Positions 21,701 through 33,700 of a DNA stretch of 64,000 nucleotides are shown here, in pieces; the stretch's first letter is position 1; every line of letters begins with the position of its first letter. Made by a program: the position numbers and the translations under genes. Location of the stretch: the NCBI GenBank assembly GCA_964616985.1, contig CAZTVF010000002.1, positions 25,114-89,113 on the forward strand, written 5' to 3'. Under the pieces are notes generated by a model that was not told the DNA's origin, ran no database searches, and saw nothing but the letters and a program-made list of their open reading frames with translations. Origin of the DNA: an uncultured Planctomycetaceae bacterium. Its GTDB lineage: Bacteria; Planctomycetota; Phycisphaerae; SM23-33.

Positions 21701-24700
21701 TCCAGTCGCCCTCGGCCGCTGTGGAATCGTTCACGTAGTAGATGCCCGAGAAGGTCTGGAGTTCGAACGTGTCGCTCACGCCAACGGCAGCGGCGCGTGT
21801 GATGCGGATGGCGTAGCCCGCCGTGGCTGGCAGATCGGCCGGGACGCTCCAGGAGAAACTGCCGGTGTTGGCGACGCCGATGGCGAGGGTTCGCTCGACG
21901 ACGCCCTTGCTCAGCAGTTCGATGTCCACGGTGCCGGTGAAATCCTGGCTGCGCCAGCGGATCGTCGACGAGCGGCCGAGGAAGGCGATGTCGCCCGCCT
22001 TGGGCGACAGGACCATGACGTATGCGTCCTCGCTCTGCGACGCCTGTGGCGTGTTGCCGTAGGCGCCGAGATTCACAAAACCGCCGTTGGGCGCGGGCTC
22101 GAGGTTGAATGCGCTGGCGGCGCTGCCGCGGTCGATCGCCCGTGATTGGGCGGCGTCGGCCTGCAGGTCGCCGCCGTAGGCGTATGGCAAGCCCGAGCCG
22201 TCCAAGAGCACGGCCAGCGTCCCGTCATGGAAACTGCCGCGCGTGCTTTGCTCGTGGTAGTCGCCGCCAGCTGCGTTCACAAACAGCGGATCGGCCCACA
22301 GGCTCATGGGGTCCTTGCCGCTGGCCGAACGCCATTGCGCAAGCGTGGTCTGGGCGCCGGCCCAGTAGCCGACCTTGCCCGTGCCCGTCGTGTAGAACAG
22401 GTTGTAGTCGCTGGCGAAGTCGTCCTGTGAATCGCTGGAGACGTTCACGCCGTAGCCGCTGCCGACGACGATGATGTTATTCAGCAGCGTCACGTCATCG
22501 ACGCCGCCGAGCAGGCGGATGCCGTCGCCGGTGGCCTGGTCGATGGTGTTGTGCGTGAAGCTGATGGCGCCGGTGCTGGCGCCGGTGGCGCGAATGCCCG
22601 CCACCGCGTTGCCGTACAGCACGTTGTGATCGACCGAACCGGCGTAGTACGCCCACAGATCCACGCCGATGTCGTTGCCGTGGATGACGTTTCTTGAGAT
22701 CGCCTCGGTCTCGCGGGCCTTGATGCCCACGCCCGCGTTGTTATAGACCAGATTGCCGGTGAGGGTTCCGCGGGTGTAGGCGATGATGCCGTCGGCATTG
22801 TTGTAGACGGCGTTGTAGTTGGCGCTGGGCTCGCCCAGGGTCAGCGCGCGAGTGAGCGAGATGCCCGTCCCGCCGTGCCCGCTGACCGCGTTGCCTTCAA
22901 CACGCGCCGAGCCTTCGGCCACGATGCCGCTGCCCGTGTTGTCGTGCACACTATTGCCATGGCCCAACGAACCGACGACGGCAGTGGCGCCGCTGACGCT
23001 CATGACCACGGAGATGCCCGATGCGTTCGCGTAGACTTCATTGCCCAGCAGGCTCGCTGCCCCTGCCGTCGGCAGGTTGATGCCCATGCCCGCGTTGTTG
23101 TGTATCACGCTATCGAGGATCGTCGTGTCGGGCGCAGCCGAGTAGATGCCCGCGGCCCCGGCATAGGCCACCGACAGCCCCGTCAATTCGACGGTGGCCG
23201 ACCCGCTCTCCACACGCACGCCTTCGGCGGCTGTTCCGCTGATTTCCAGCGACCGGCCGATGAATCGCGACGAGGTGGCGTGCAGCCACACGCCTCGCTG
23301 CCCGCCCAGCAGCGTGAGGTTTTCGATCGTCACGCCGTCGGCGGAGTCGATGTCGAGGGAATACGTTCCGGCATAGTTGACCGAACGATTGATGATCGCG
23401 TGCGAACCTTGCAGATCCGGGCCGATGATGTGAAGCCCTTCGTCGTCTCCGGCCGAGCCGGGGCCGCCGATGAGCAGGTTGGCCACGTGCACGTAGGAGC
23501 CCGTGTCCACGTAGATCACATCACCGGAGCCAAGGTCGTACATCCGCAGGAAGGCCAGGAGGCTGGCCTTGGGGGCCGCGGCCGACAGCCCGGAGTTGCG
23601 GTTGTCGCCGACGGTGGAGGCATATTGGTCGCCGGCCGTGAAGGCATCGTTGACGTAGAATGTTCCGCCGGCGGGGACGATCGTGAACGTCTCGCGGGAT
23701 TCATCAAACACCGACGGAGTCGCCACGGAAGTGATGCGAACGCGGTAGCCGGCATTGAGGTCGGCGGGCAAGCCGCTGGACTGGGGGCTCCAGATTGCCG
23801 ACAGGGCCGAGGCATCGTAGGTGCCCACGTGCGCGGCCAGCGTGCCGGCGGCGGTGTAGACATCCACCGATATGTCGCCCGTCAGGTTCGTCTGCGACCA
23901 GCGAATCGTGCGGGCGCGGTCCACCTGCCAATCGGCGTGGAAGTCGGGATACTCCAGCCGCAGGTACGAACTCCGCGATGCCGTCGCCAGCACTGTGCCG
24001 CCGTAGGCGCCGATGTCGACCCTGCCGCCGTTGGGCGCCGGTTCGAGGGCTGCGCTGTCGGCGGGGCTGCCGCCATCGACGCTGGTAGAGGAGGCGGCCT
24101 GGCGATAGTCGCCGCCGGGGGCATTGACGAACGCCGGGGCATCGAGCGTCGGAGCGATCCGTGTATAGCCGATCGAATGTGCGTCCTGCAGCGACTCGAT
24201 CTGCCAGTCAAACAGATCGTCGAAAGGCTTCTGGTACCAGACCAGCTTGCCCGCGCCGGACGTGAAGAGGTTATTGTAGTCGCTGGCCAGGCCTGCCTGG
24301 CTGTCATTGGCGACGTAGAGGTCGTAGCCGTCCTGCGTCCAGACGATATTGTTGCGGATCGTGGCGGCGCTGGCGCCGCTCTGCACGTGGATGCCGTCGC
24401 CCGCGGCAGTGACGATCGTGTTGTTCACGACGCTCACGCCCGCAACACCGCTGATCAACACGCCGGTAGCGTTGTTCAACAGCAGGTTGTGATGCACCTG
24501 CGAGGCTGCCCCCGCCTGAACGCCGATGGTGTTGCCCTCGATCTTATTGAAGCGAATGGTCGCGCCGCTCTGGGCCTGCACGCCGACGGCGTTGTCATGG
24601 ACGCGGTTGGGGTCGCTCCAATCGCCGCCGCCCAGCGTAACGTCGGTCACCACGCCCGCGGTGCTGCCGGCGGAGATGTCATTGCCGTAGACCTGCAACG

Positions 24701-27700
24701 ACGCGTTATGGAATTCCATGCCGATGGCGTTGTCGTGAATGGTGTTGTGTCGCGCCGTCCCGCCGGCACTGGCGGACATGTACAGGCCCGTCGCGCCGCC
24801 ATGGATGTCGTTGTCCTCGACGAGGCTGGCCCGCTGGCTGCTGATGTAGACGCCGCCGGCAATGTCGTTATTGCGCAGCGTCATCTCGGCATTGAGAGCG
24901 GAGACGTATACGCCCCATTGGCCGCCGACGATCACGTCGTTGCGAAGGTCGCTCGTCCGTTCCACCGACACGGCCGCCTCGCCGTGAACGTACAGGCCGT
25001 ACTGTGTGCCCTCGATCCGCGGGTTGTCGAAGATAGTGACGGGAGCCGACGAGGGCAGGTCGATGCCGTATTGCCCGCCGGAAATCGTGTTGTCGGTGAT
25101 CGTGTGCATCACGCTGGCCGAGGCGGACAGCAGGAGCGTTCCGGCGATAGTGTTCGACTCGATCGCATGCCCGGCCGCGCCGCTGCCGCTGATGGCCATG
25201 CCGCCGCCGGCGATGGTGTTGCCCGTGATCTCGGCCGCCGCACCGGTGTCTAGGATCAGGCCGCCGGCGCCGATGGTGTTGTCATTGATCATCCCGCCGC
25301 CGAGGAGCGTCGCGTCGATCTGCCGCGCCGTGTTGTCCACGATGCGGCTCGCCTCGGCCACGCCGCCGCTGAGGCGGACCTGGATCACCTGCCCCGTCGC
25401 GTCGTTGTGCTCGATAACGACGCCGGGACCGGCATTGATGTAGATCAGGCCCGTTACCTGGTTGCTCAGCACCTGGTGCGGTGTGCTTGCTTCGCCCGTC
25501 AAGCGAATGCCGCCGACGATGCTGGGCACGTCCGCCTGCCCCGGCACCGCCAGCGGAGCGATGATCGCCGCCTCGGCCAAGTTGGCGTTGATGCCGCCGG
25601 GAGCGGTATTGCCCAGGATGTACGTCGTGTTGTCGCCATTGCCCAACGTGTGGCCTTCCAGATCGAGGATGATCTGGCCGGTCTGTCCCAGGGTGTTCTG
25701 CTCGATGACGGCGGCCGGTCCACCGCGGACCTCGATCGAATGAGAAATCGTGTTGCCGATGATCCGGTGCGGAGTGGGGCTGCTGCCGTAGATCCACAGC
25801 GTACCATTGTTGATCGTGTTGTCCTGAACCTCGGCACGGTCCTTCAGCGTCAGCGTCATGCTGTCGCGGGTCTCGTTCCCTTCAACGCGCGTCACCCACT
25901 CCTGGTCCGCCGGCAGGACACTGGCGGCCAGGTCGATCCTGATGCCGCCGCCCGTCACGATGTTGTCCACGACCGTCGCGCTGGGACCTGCGAGGATGCG
26001 AATGTCGCCCGTGGAGTTCAGCACGTTGTCGTGCACGTAGTGCGGCTGCGAACTCGTGCCGGAGACAACCAACTCGCCCGCGCCCATGATCGTGTTGTGG
26101 TGTATCTCCGCGCCGGCAGGGGCCGAGACGCCGATGCCGCCCAGTTGCCCGCCGCTGTTGCCGTTATCGTAGATCAGCGTGTGGTAGGTCCGGCCCAGGG
26201 GCAGGGCCCACGCATCGCCCAGGACGATGCTCATGCCGCTCTTGATCGTGCGGTTGGAGAAGATGTCCGCGCCGGGCCCGCCCGTCAGCAGCAGGGCGCC
26301 GTCGTAGATGTTGTTTCGCGTGATCACCGTCGGTTCGTCGCCCAAGCCGCTGACGGTGCTGACGACGGCGCCGTGAACAACCTCGTTATCCTCGAATCTC
26401 AGCGGTCCGGCCGATACGGTCGTCACCCCGTCGGCGGCGATGAGATTGTCGTGTATCCAGACGCGGCCGGGCACTTTCACTGTCAGCTTGCCCAGGGACG
26501 ACTCATGGGCGGCGTCGTGTTCCGAAACGATCGTGTGATAGGTCTCGCCCGCTCCCAGCCAGGCCCCCGTCGTCTCGATGTACAGCTGCCCGATGTTGGG
26601 ATTGTCCGATGCGCGCACGCCCGGGCCGCCGACCAAGCGGAGTTCCGTCGGTGCGATGTTGTTGTACAGCACGCTCGCGGGCAGCGTGTTGTCCGGCGCG
26701 TCGGAGATCGTCACCACGATGGAACGGGAGACGGTGTTGTTCTGCACGTCCGCACGCCGGCCGCCGACCAGGGCGATGCCGCCGCCGTTGACGGTGTTGC
26801 GGTCCAACTGCCAATCCTGGCCCGACGGGACAGTCAGGGTCATGTCGCCCTGGTTCACCGTGTTGCCGACGAACGTGCTGATCGGGGCCACGCCGCCGAA
26901 GGCAGATAGTTCCACCGTCAACATGCCGCTGACGACGTTGCCCTCAATGGCGGCATACTGACCGGTGAGCAACTCCACGTCGCCATCGACCACGTTGCCG
27001 ACAAAGGCCGCAAGGCGCTGCTGTGTGGCCTGGCCCACCGACTCGAATACGACGTTGCCCTGGATGTTCGTATTGCCGATCATCGAGGCGACGGTGTTGG
27101 CGCCCACGCCGTGCACCGCGTAGGCCCAGCCGTGGATCAGCGTGTTGTTCTCGATCCGCACGGGAGCGGAACTCTCGATGTAGATCGCCGTGCTGCCGGT
27201 GATGCTGTTTTCCAGCATCATCGCCGTGCCGCTGCCCAGTACCTTCACGGCCGTGTGATTCGACCAGATGTCGTTGAGGCTCAGCGTGCTCGGCCGCGAG
27301 CCTTCAATCTGCACGACCGTGTCGCCCCGCAGGGTGTTGCTCGTCAAGTCGACCCAGGAGTCGCCCGTCACGAGCACGGCCGTGCCGGCCCCGGCGTTGA
27401 CGGTGTTGCCACGCACGGCCACCGAGTTCGTCAGCGGGTTGTTGCCGCCGATGATGATGCCGTCGGCGGTGTTGCCCTCGATAACCATCGAGGCCGGGGA
27501 CTGAATGTCGATGGTGCCGTGGATCGTGTTGGCGATGATCGACTGCGAGAATTCCGGATAGATCTGGGTCGGCTCGATATCCTGCGGCGGGTAGAAGTGC
27601 TGCGGCCAGTTGGCCCGCCAGTCCGACGTTGAGGCTCGCAGGGTCACGCCGCCTTCAATTTCGTTGCCGCGGATGACGTTGCCGCGGTCGGCTGTGAGCA

Positions 27701-30700
27701 GCACGTCGCCCGTGATGTCGTTCTCGGCGAGTTCAACGGCGGATCCATCGCCGCCCCAGACGGCATTGGTGGCGCCGCGGAGGATGTTCTCGTCGATGAC
27801 CGTCGAGAAGCGGCTGGTGGTGGCCACGCCACAGAAGCCGGTGAAGGCGGAGAAGTCATTGCTGGTGATGAAGGCGCTGGTCGTGCCCCCAACGCGGACG
27901 CCGAAGTCGCCGCCGCCGGTGAACACGTTGTCCAGCACGTTAAGCGTCTGGTATCCGTCCGCATCGATGGCGATCCGCGAGTCTTCAAAGCGATTGCCTT
28001 GAATGACGACCTGGCCGTTTGAGACGCGTTCGCCGGTGTTGGGATCTATCGCGCCCATGCCTCGCACGCGGACGGCGGTGCCGGTGCCGTCGCCGTCGAA
28101 GGTCATGCCGCTGATGGAGATACTGCCGGCGTCGTTGATGTCGAAGACCGGGGCGCCGGAGTAGTTGAGTTCGGACCAACCCGTCCCGATAAAGGCGAGA
28201 TTGTCGGTCGTGCATACGGCCGTGCTGGTGATGTTGTAGTTTCCGCTATCGACGAGAACGTAGACGCGGCTCTCGTCGCCCTGCACCATGGGCATGATCG
28301 AGGCGAGAGACCTTCTGGGCGTCGTGGCCGAAAGGCCATCGTTGTCATCGCTGCCGGGGGCGGAAGTGAACAGATCGAGGCCGGGATCATTGTCGTTGAT
28401 GTAGTAGACTTCGGTATGGGTGGCTGCGTTGGACTGCGGGAGGATCGTGATGTTGTCGATCTCATCGGGCGTGAGGACCGCAAGGTAGTACGTTCCATCA
28501 GGCAGGGAGAGTCCCGAGGTGCTCGCCACGCCGTTCTGCCAGGCGGCCGAGTTGTAGAGTCGGTGCCCCTTCTCGTCGAAGACGGCGATGGCCATGTCGT
28601 CGTCGCGGGCCAGGTCAGTCACCTTGAATGCCGTCAACTCCTCCTGGCCGTCGGCTCGCTCGCTGTTGAAGCGGTACCAGGTGACGCCCCTGTCGCTGAG
28701 CCATCCGTCCTTACCGGTGGTGGCGCTGGGAATGACGCCCAAGTCGATGGCGCTGGTGGCGGCGCGGCTGTCCCAACTGATCTGCGTGTCGGGAACGGCG
28801 GCGTGGCGCCCGGCGTCCGAGAGGTCCAGCAGCGTCTTCTTGACCAGCCGCTTGCTGCCCTCCCAGAACAGGGCTTCCCACACGACGCGGATATCGAAGT
28901 AGATCTTGCCGCCGGCGTCGAACAGGTCCAGCAGGTGGTCCGGCAGGTACGAGGCCATCTCATCGAGGTGCAGGCGGTTGTCCCGGTCGAGGTCGACAAT
29001 GTTGATCCACGCGTCCACGCCGATGCCGCCTTCGAGGCGGACCGACACGGCGTACGCATCCACGCCGAAGCCGATGCCGACGTGGCCGTCGAACTTGATC
29101 AGCGAATGCCCCGTGCCGGCGGCGATGTAGAAGCCATTCATGAGGTCTTCGGCCTCGCCGCTTTCGCCGTACATCCGCAGGCCTCGCGTGTCGAAGCCGA
29201 ATGTCGCCTGGGCCGTCACGCCCAGTTCCATGCTGATCGTGATCACCAGCCACGGGTACACCACGGGGATCTTCCACACGTGGTCGACGCCCAAGCTGAG
29301 CTCGGGCGTGGTGTAGGTGATGAGCTCCACGTCGCGGCCCATGAGCAGTTCGACCGCGCGGAACGGGGTCTCCAGCAGGGGCAGATGGATGCCCAGGTCG
29401 TTCAGGTCGCCCAAGAAGCCCGAGAAGACGCCGCCGAGGCCCTGACCCTCGCTGAGCGGATCGCCGGCCTGGAAGGTGCCATCGTTGAGCGCCAGATCGA
29501 GCGGGCCGCTGGCGCCGGCGAGTTCGCCGCTGAACACGTAGCTGCCCAGGTGAACATATTCAGAGTCGAACTGCGGCACGTGGGCAGACAAGTCGATCAG
29601 CGAGGCGAGGTCGGAGATGAATTCGGTCCTGGGGTTGCCGCTGGCGACCAGGCGGGCGAGGTCCAGGATCGTCACATCGTGGCCCATGGCCCCGGAGATG
29701 AACGGCAGGGGGGTGGTAAGCACGGCCAGCACAGGGCGCAGCGGCGCCATGACGTCATTGATGTAGCCAAGGACCGGCCCGATCGTGTCGCTGAGGAACT
29801 CGCCGAGATCCAGGCGGATGTCCTCCAGCGCGACTACCGGCGTCTGGCCCGGCCGCCACGTGGCCACCAGGTTGGCGTCCAGCGACGGGAAGTTGTCGTC
29901 GTAGTAGACTTCGATCTGCATGCTCACGTCGGCGGAGATCGTCGTGTCGACGGCTACGTCGAAGTCCCACCCGCCAAGCTGGTTGAAGTAGACGCGGTAA
30001 TCGGTGCCGCGGCTGTCGAGGTCGACGTTGAACGTGGCGCCGGCGGTGATGAGTTGGCCCGGCAGCTGGTACGCCTTGATCTTCAGGAAGTTGGCCATCG
30101 TGCCATCGGCGTTCAGGCCGGTCACTTCCGCGCCGAGGTTCAACTGCAGGATGTCATCACTGTCGCCGAAACGAAGGTCGGTCTGGAAGCCCTCATTGCC
30201 GGTGATCAGGTAGAAGCCTTGATCTCGGTCCACGCCGAAGGCGAGATTGAAACCCCACGCCAGCTGCGCCTGCGCGTCGGCGGCAATGTCCAGGCCCAGG
30301 CCCGGCAGGCCGAGGTCGAAGTCGATGCTGCCGGCCGCGAACTCGTATGTGTCGGAGAACTGCAGGCGGAATTCGACCGCCTCGCCCACATCGGTCGTCT
30401 CGGCGGCCAGGATCTGTTCCGGCGTCAGCCCGAACATCCGCGCGATGTTGTTCGTCGCCCACGCGAGGTAGTTCAGCGGGTCGTCGTACGCCGTCCAGTT
30501 CGGCAGATCCGCCAGCAGGCCTGTGAGGTAGTCGGCGTTGAGCTGCGTGCCGACGATCGGCAGGGTGATGTCGAACACGTCGCGGCCGAGCAGGTTCTCG
30601 ATCTGCCCCAGCAGCACGCGCAGACCGTCGGTCAGGGCCCGCAGGTCCAGCGAGCCGGGCTCGATGAAGACGGGGTACTCCGCATGCAGGCCACTGAGGC

Positions 30701-33700
30701 CGCCGACGCCATCGACGCCGACCAAGATCGACAGGTCATGATTGGCCGGGTCGGCCGCGAGGAACGGGCCCTGGAACGGCAGCACCAGGTCCACCTGCGC
30801 CCCGAAGCTCGCCTGCATGAGTTGCGGGAGGTTGCCCGAAAGATCGAACCGTTCGGCCACGCCCGCTTCGCCCTGCGGCAGTTGCAGACGGAACCCCGCG
30901 TAGGGGATGTCGGAATCGGCGTAGGCGGCGACGCCTCCGGCCGGGACGCCGCCCACATACAGGTGTCCGCCGACGATCTGCATCCCGACCATGCCGCCAA
31001 GCGAAAGGTTGAAGCCGATGCCCGGTCCCACAACCCGCACGTCACCCGAGATGCCCGTATCGTCGTAGAGGAACGGCGTCAGCGTGTCCAGGTTGATGCC
31101 CATGTTCAGCCGGAAGGTCGCGCCGCCGTCGGCGACGACATTCGCATGGCCGGAGACATCGAGGATGCTCGTGAGGGATTCCATGCCGCTGCCGGCCAGG
31201 GCGTCACCCAGCAACGTCCCCAGATCCAGCCGCAGCGGGATCGTCCTGTTGAACTCCTTCGTCCAGTCGATGGCCATCTGCAGCGCGGCCGGGACGCCGG
31301 CGGCGCCTGGATCGATGCGCATCACGAACTGCGAGGGGTCCAGGTGCAGGATCGCACGGATTCGGGCGGCCAACTGCCCCAGCGTCTGGTTCAAGGCCGA
31401 GGGGCCCTCGATGCGAAGCTGATTGATGAAGGCGGTGAACTCGTCGACGTAGCTCAGCAGGCTATTGAGGTTCAGGCCCGTTCCGGGAATCGTCCAGCCC
31501 AGCGGCCCCTGGAGCCCCTTGAGGCCCTGGAGGTAGTTGCCCAGTGAAGACAGTGCGCTGATGAAATCGGCGCGACCCAACCGCGCCACGTCCAGCAAAT
31601 CATCCAACCCTTGGGTGGTGATGTCCGGGAGGTCCGGCGAGGCGAGGCTCGGCTTGGAGATATCGATCCATCGCGGCTGCTGAAGCAGCCCCAGCGCCGC
31701 CAGCAGTTCCGACGTCAGCGTGACGGTGAAGTGGGTCTGCGCGGCCGCGTCCAGCACCAGCGAGTCGCCCACGAGGCCTTCGACGTCGTCGCGAACCGCC
31801 GCGATGAAATCGGCAAGATAGTAGCGAGTTCCGGGCAGGCCCAGGTGCAGCGAGGCGCTTGCAGGCACACGATTCTGCGGCGTGCTGGCCTCGCCGCCCA
31901 GCGTGGCCCAGCCGTCACTCAACGTCACCGAGCCGACCATGCCCAGGGACGCCTGGCCGCCGGTGCCGCTGCCGCCCGAGGGTAGCTGTGCTTCGAGGTC
32001 GATGGTGGCTTCGGCACTGGCATTTTCGATGAAGAACCGGTTGAGGAAGGACGATTCCGTCGCCTGCGTGGCCACCAGGCCCAGCTGTGCCGCGCCTGCC
32101 CCGGGCGTGATCTTCAGTCGCGGCGGTGACGACAGGTTCAGCGTCCGCAGGCTGACGCGCTCGACGTCGCGGCCATTGACGTTCACGGTGGCTACGCGAG
32201 CCTCGACAACTTGGTCCAGGCCGGCCGTGACCAAGGCCGCATTGATGTCAGCGATGAGGTCGGCCATCATTCGATTGGATGCATCGGCGAGCACGATTAC
32301 GGTGACCGGCGCCCGCCCGCCCACCTCGACCGTGAAGCGAGCGTCCTGCGCCAGGCGCCCCATTCCCGCCGCCGGCCCGCCGGCGACAATCTGTGCCGCC
32401 TCCAACTGGAAAGGCGACAGTGCCACGGCGCCCGCCGCGAAGCCCAGGGCCGCAGCCCCCGCCCCGCCGATCGTCAACTTGCCCGGCACCCAGGGGCCAC
32501 GCGTTTTGAGGATCAGCCGCTCTTCATTGACGCCGCCATTGCTCACGACGATCTTTTGCGCCAGAACCGATTGGCTCAGCCCGGCGGCCAGTAGAGCGAG
32601 ATTCACATCCTCGATGAGATCGTCCACGCTGGCATTGTTTGGGTCGGCCGCGATCGTGACGGTGACTGCCGCCGCATCGCCCACCTGCACGGTGAGCACG
32701 GCGTTCTGGGCCAGCCGTCCTTGGGCGGGCGCCGCTGAGGCGGCCTGGGCCGTGGCGATTAACGTGGGGATATCGAACCCCAGCGTGATCGCCATGTTGG
32801 TGCCCAGCCCGGCATGGAGGCTGCCGGCGGCCGTCAGCGTCAGCGGGCCCTGCGAAAAGTCGTACGAGAAGGCCTTGTCGGCCTCGATCGTGTCGCTGAA
32901 CTCCAGCGTGTAGGTCAGCTGGCCGTTCTGGAAGCCCATGAGGGCGCTGTTGATGCCGTCGCCGCCGATGAAACGGGCCAGCAGGCTCTGGGCGCTATCG
33001 AAGGCCGCCCGCAACGCTCCCTCGCCGGCGGCGAGCTGCTCGGTGACCGCCGTTTCCAGCGTGTTCTGGATCGCCTCGCCCAGCTTGAGCACGTCGGCAA
33101 GGCTCTGGCTGCCGAGCAGGCTCATCTGGCGGAACAGATCGGCGTTCTGCAGCGAGGTGAACGACATGCCCAGCTGGTCCAGCATCTGGAGCACCGTCGT
33201 TGAGTCAATCGCGCAGAAGCCCAGCAGCGATTCGAAATCGGTGTTCACCGCCACCGAGACGGCGTCGGTGAACACGTCGAGGCTGCTCAAGTTGATCTGC
33301 GGCGCCTGCGGCAGGGGGCTGATGTCCAGCGGCAGCATCGCCGTCAAGTTGCCCAGCGGCGTCAGCGAGAACAGCTGGTCCAGCGGCGTCGCCAGCAGCT
33401 GGTTGAGGTGAATCCGGTTCATCACGTCGCCGAACGGATTGAGGAACTCCGCCGGCAGGTCAACCACCATCGCCAACTGCGAGTGCACCAGGTCGATGGC
33501 AGCGTCCAGGAACCCCATTTGCAGCGGAAGCGCCGGCAAGGCTGGGTTGTTCGGCAGCGAGAAGTCAATGCCCAGATCAAACTCACCCAGGTTGATGAAG
33601 AACTGGTCCGCCGCCGGCAGCGTGAGGTCCAGGCCGAACGTCAGTGGCAGGGAAAGAGTAGTGACGGCCTTGCTTAGCAGCGAGCCGACCTCGATCGGAT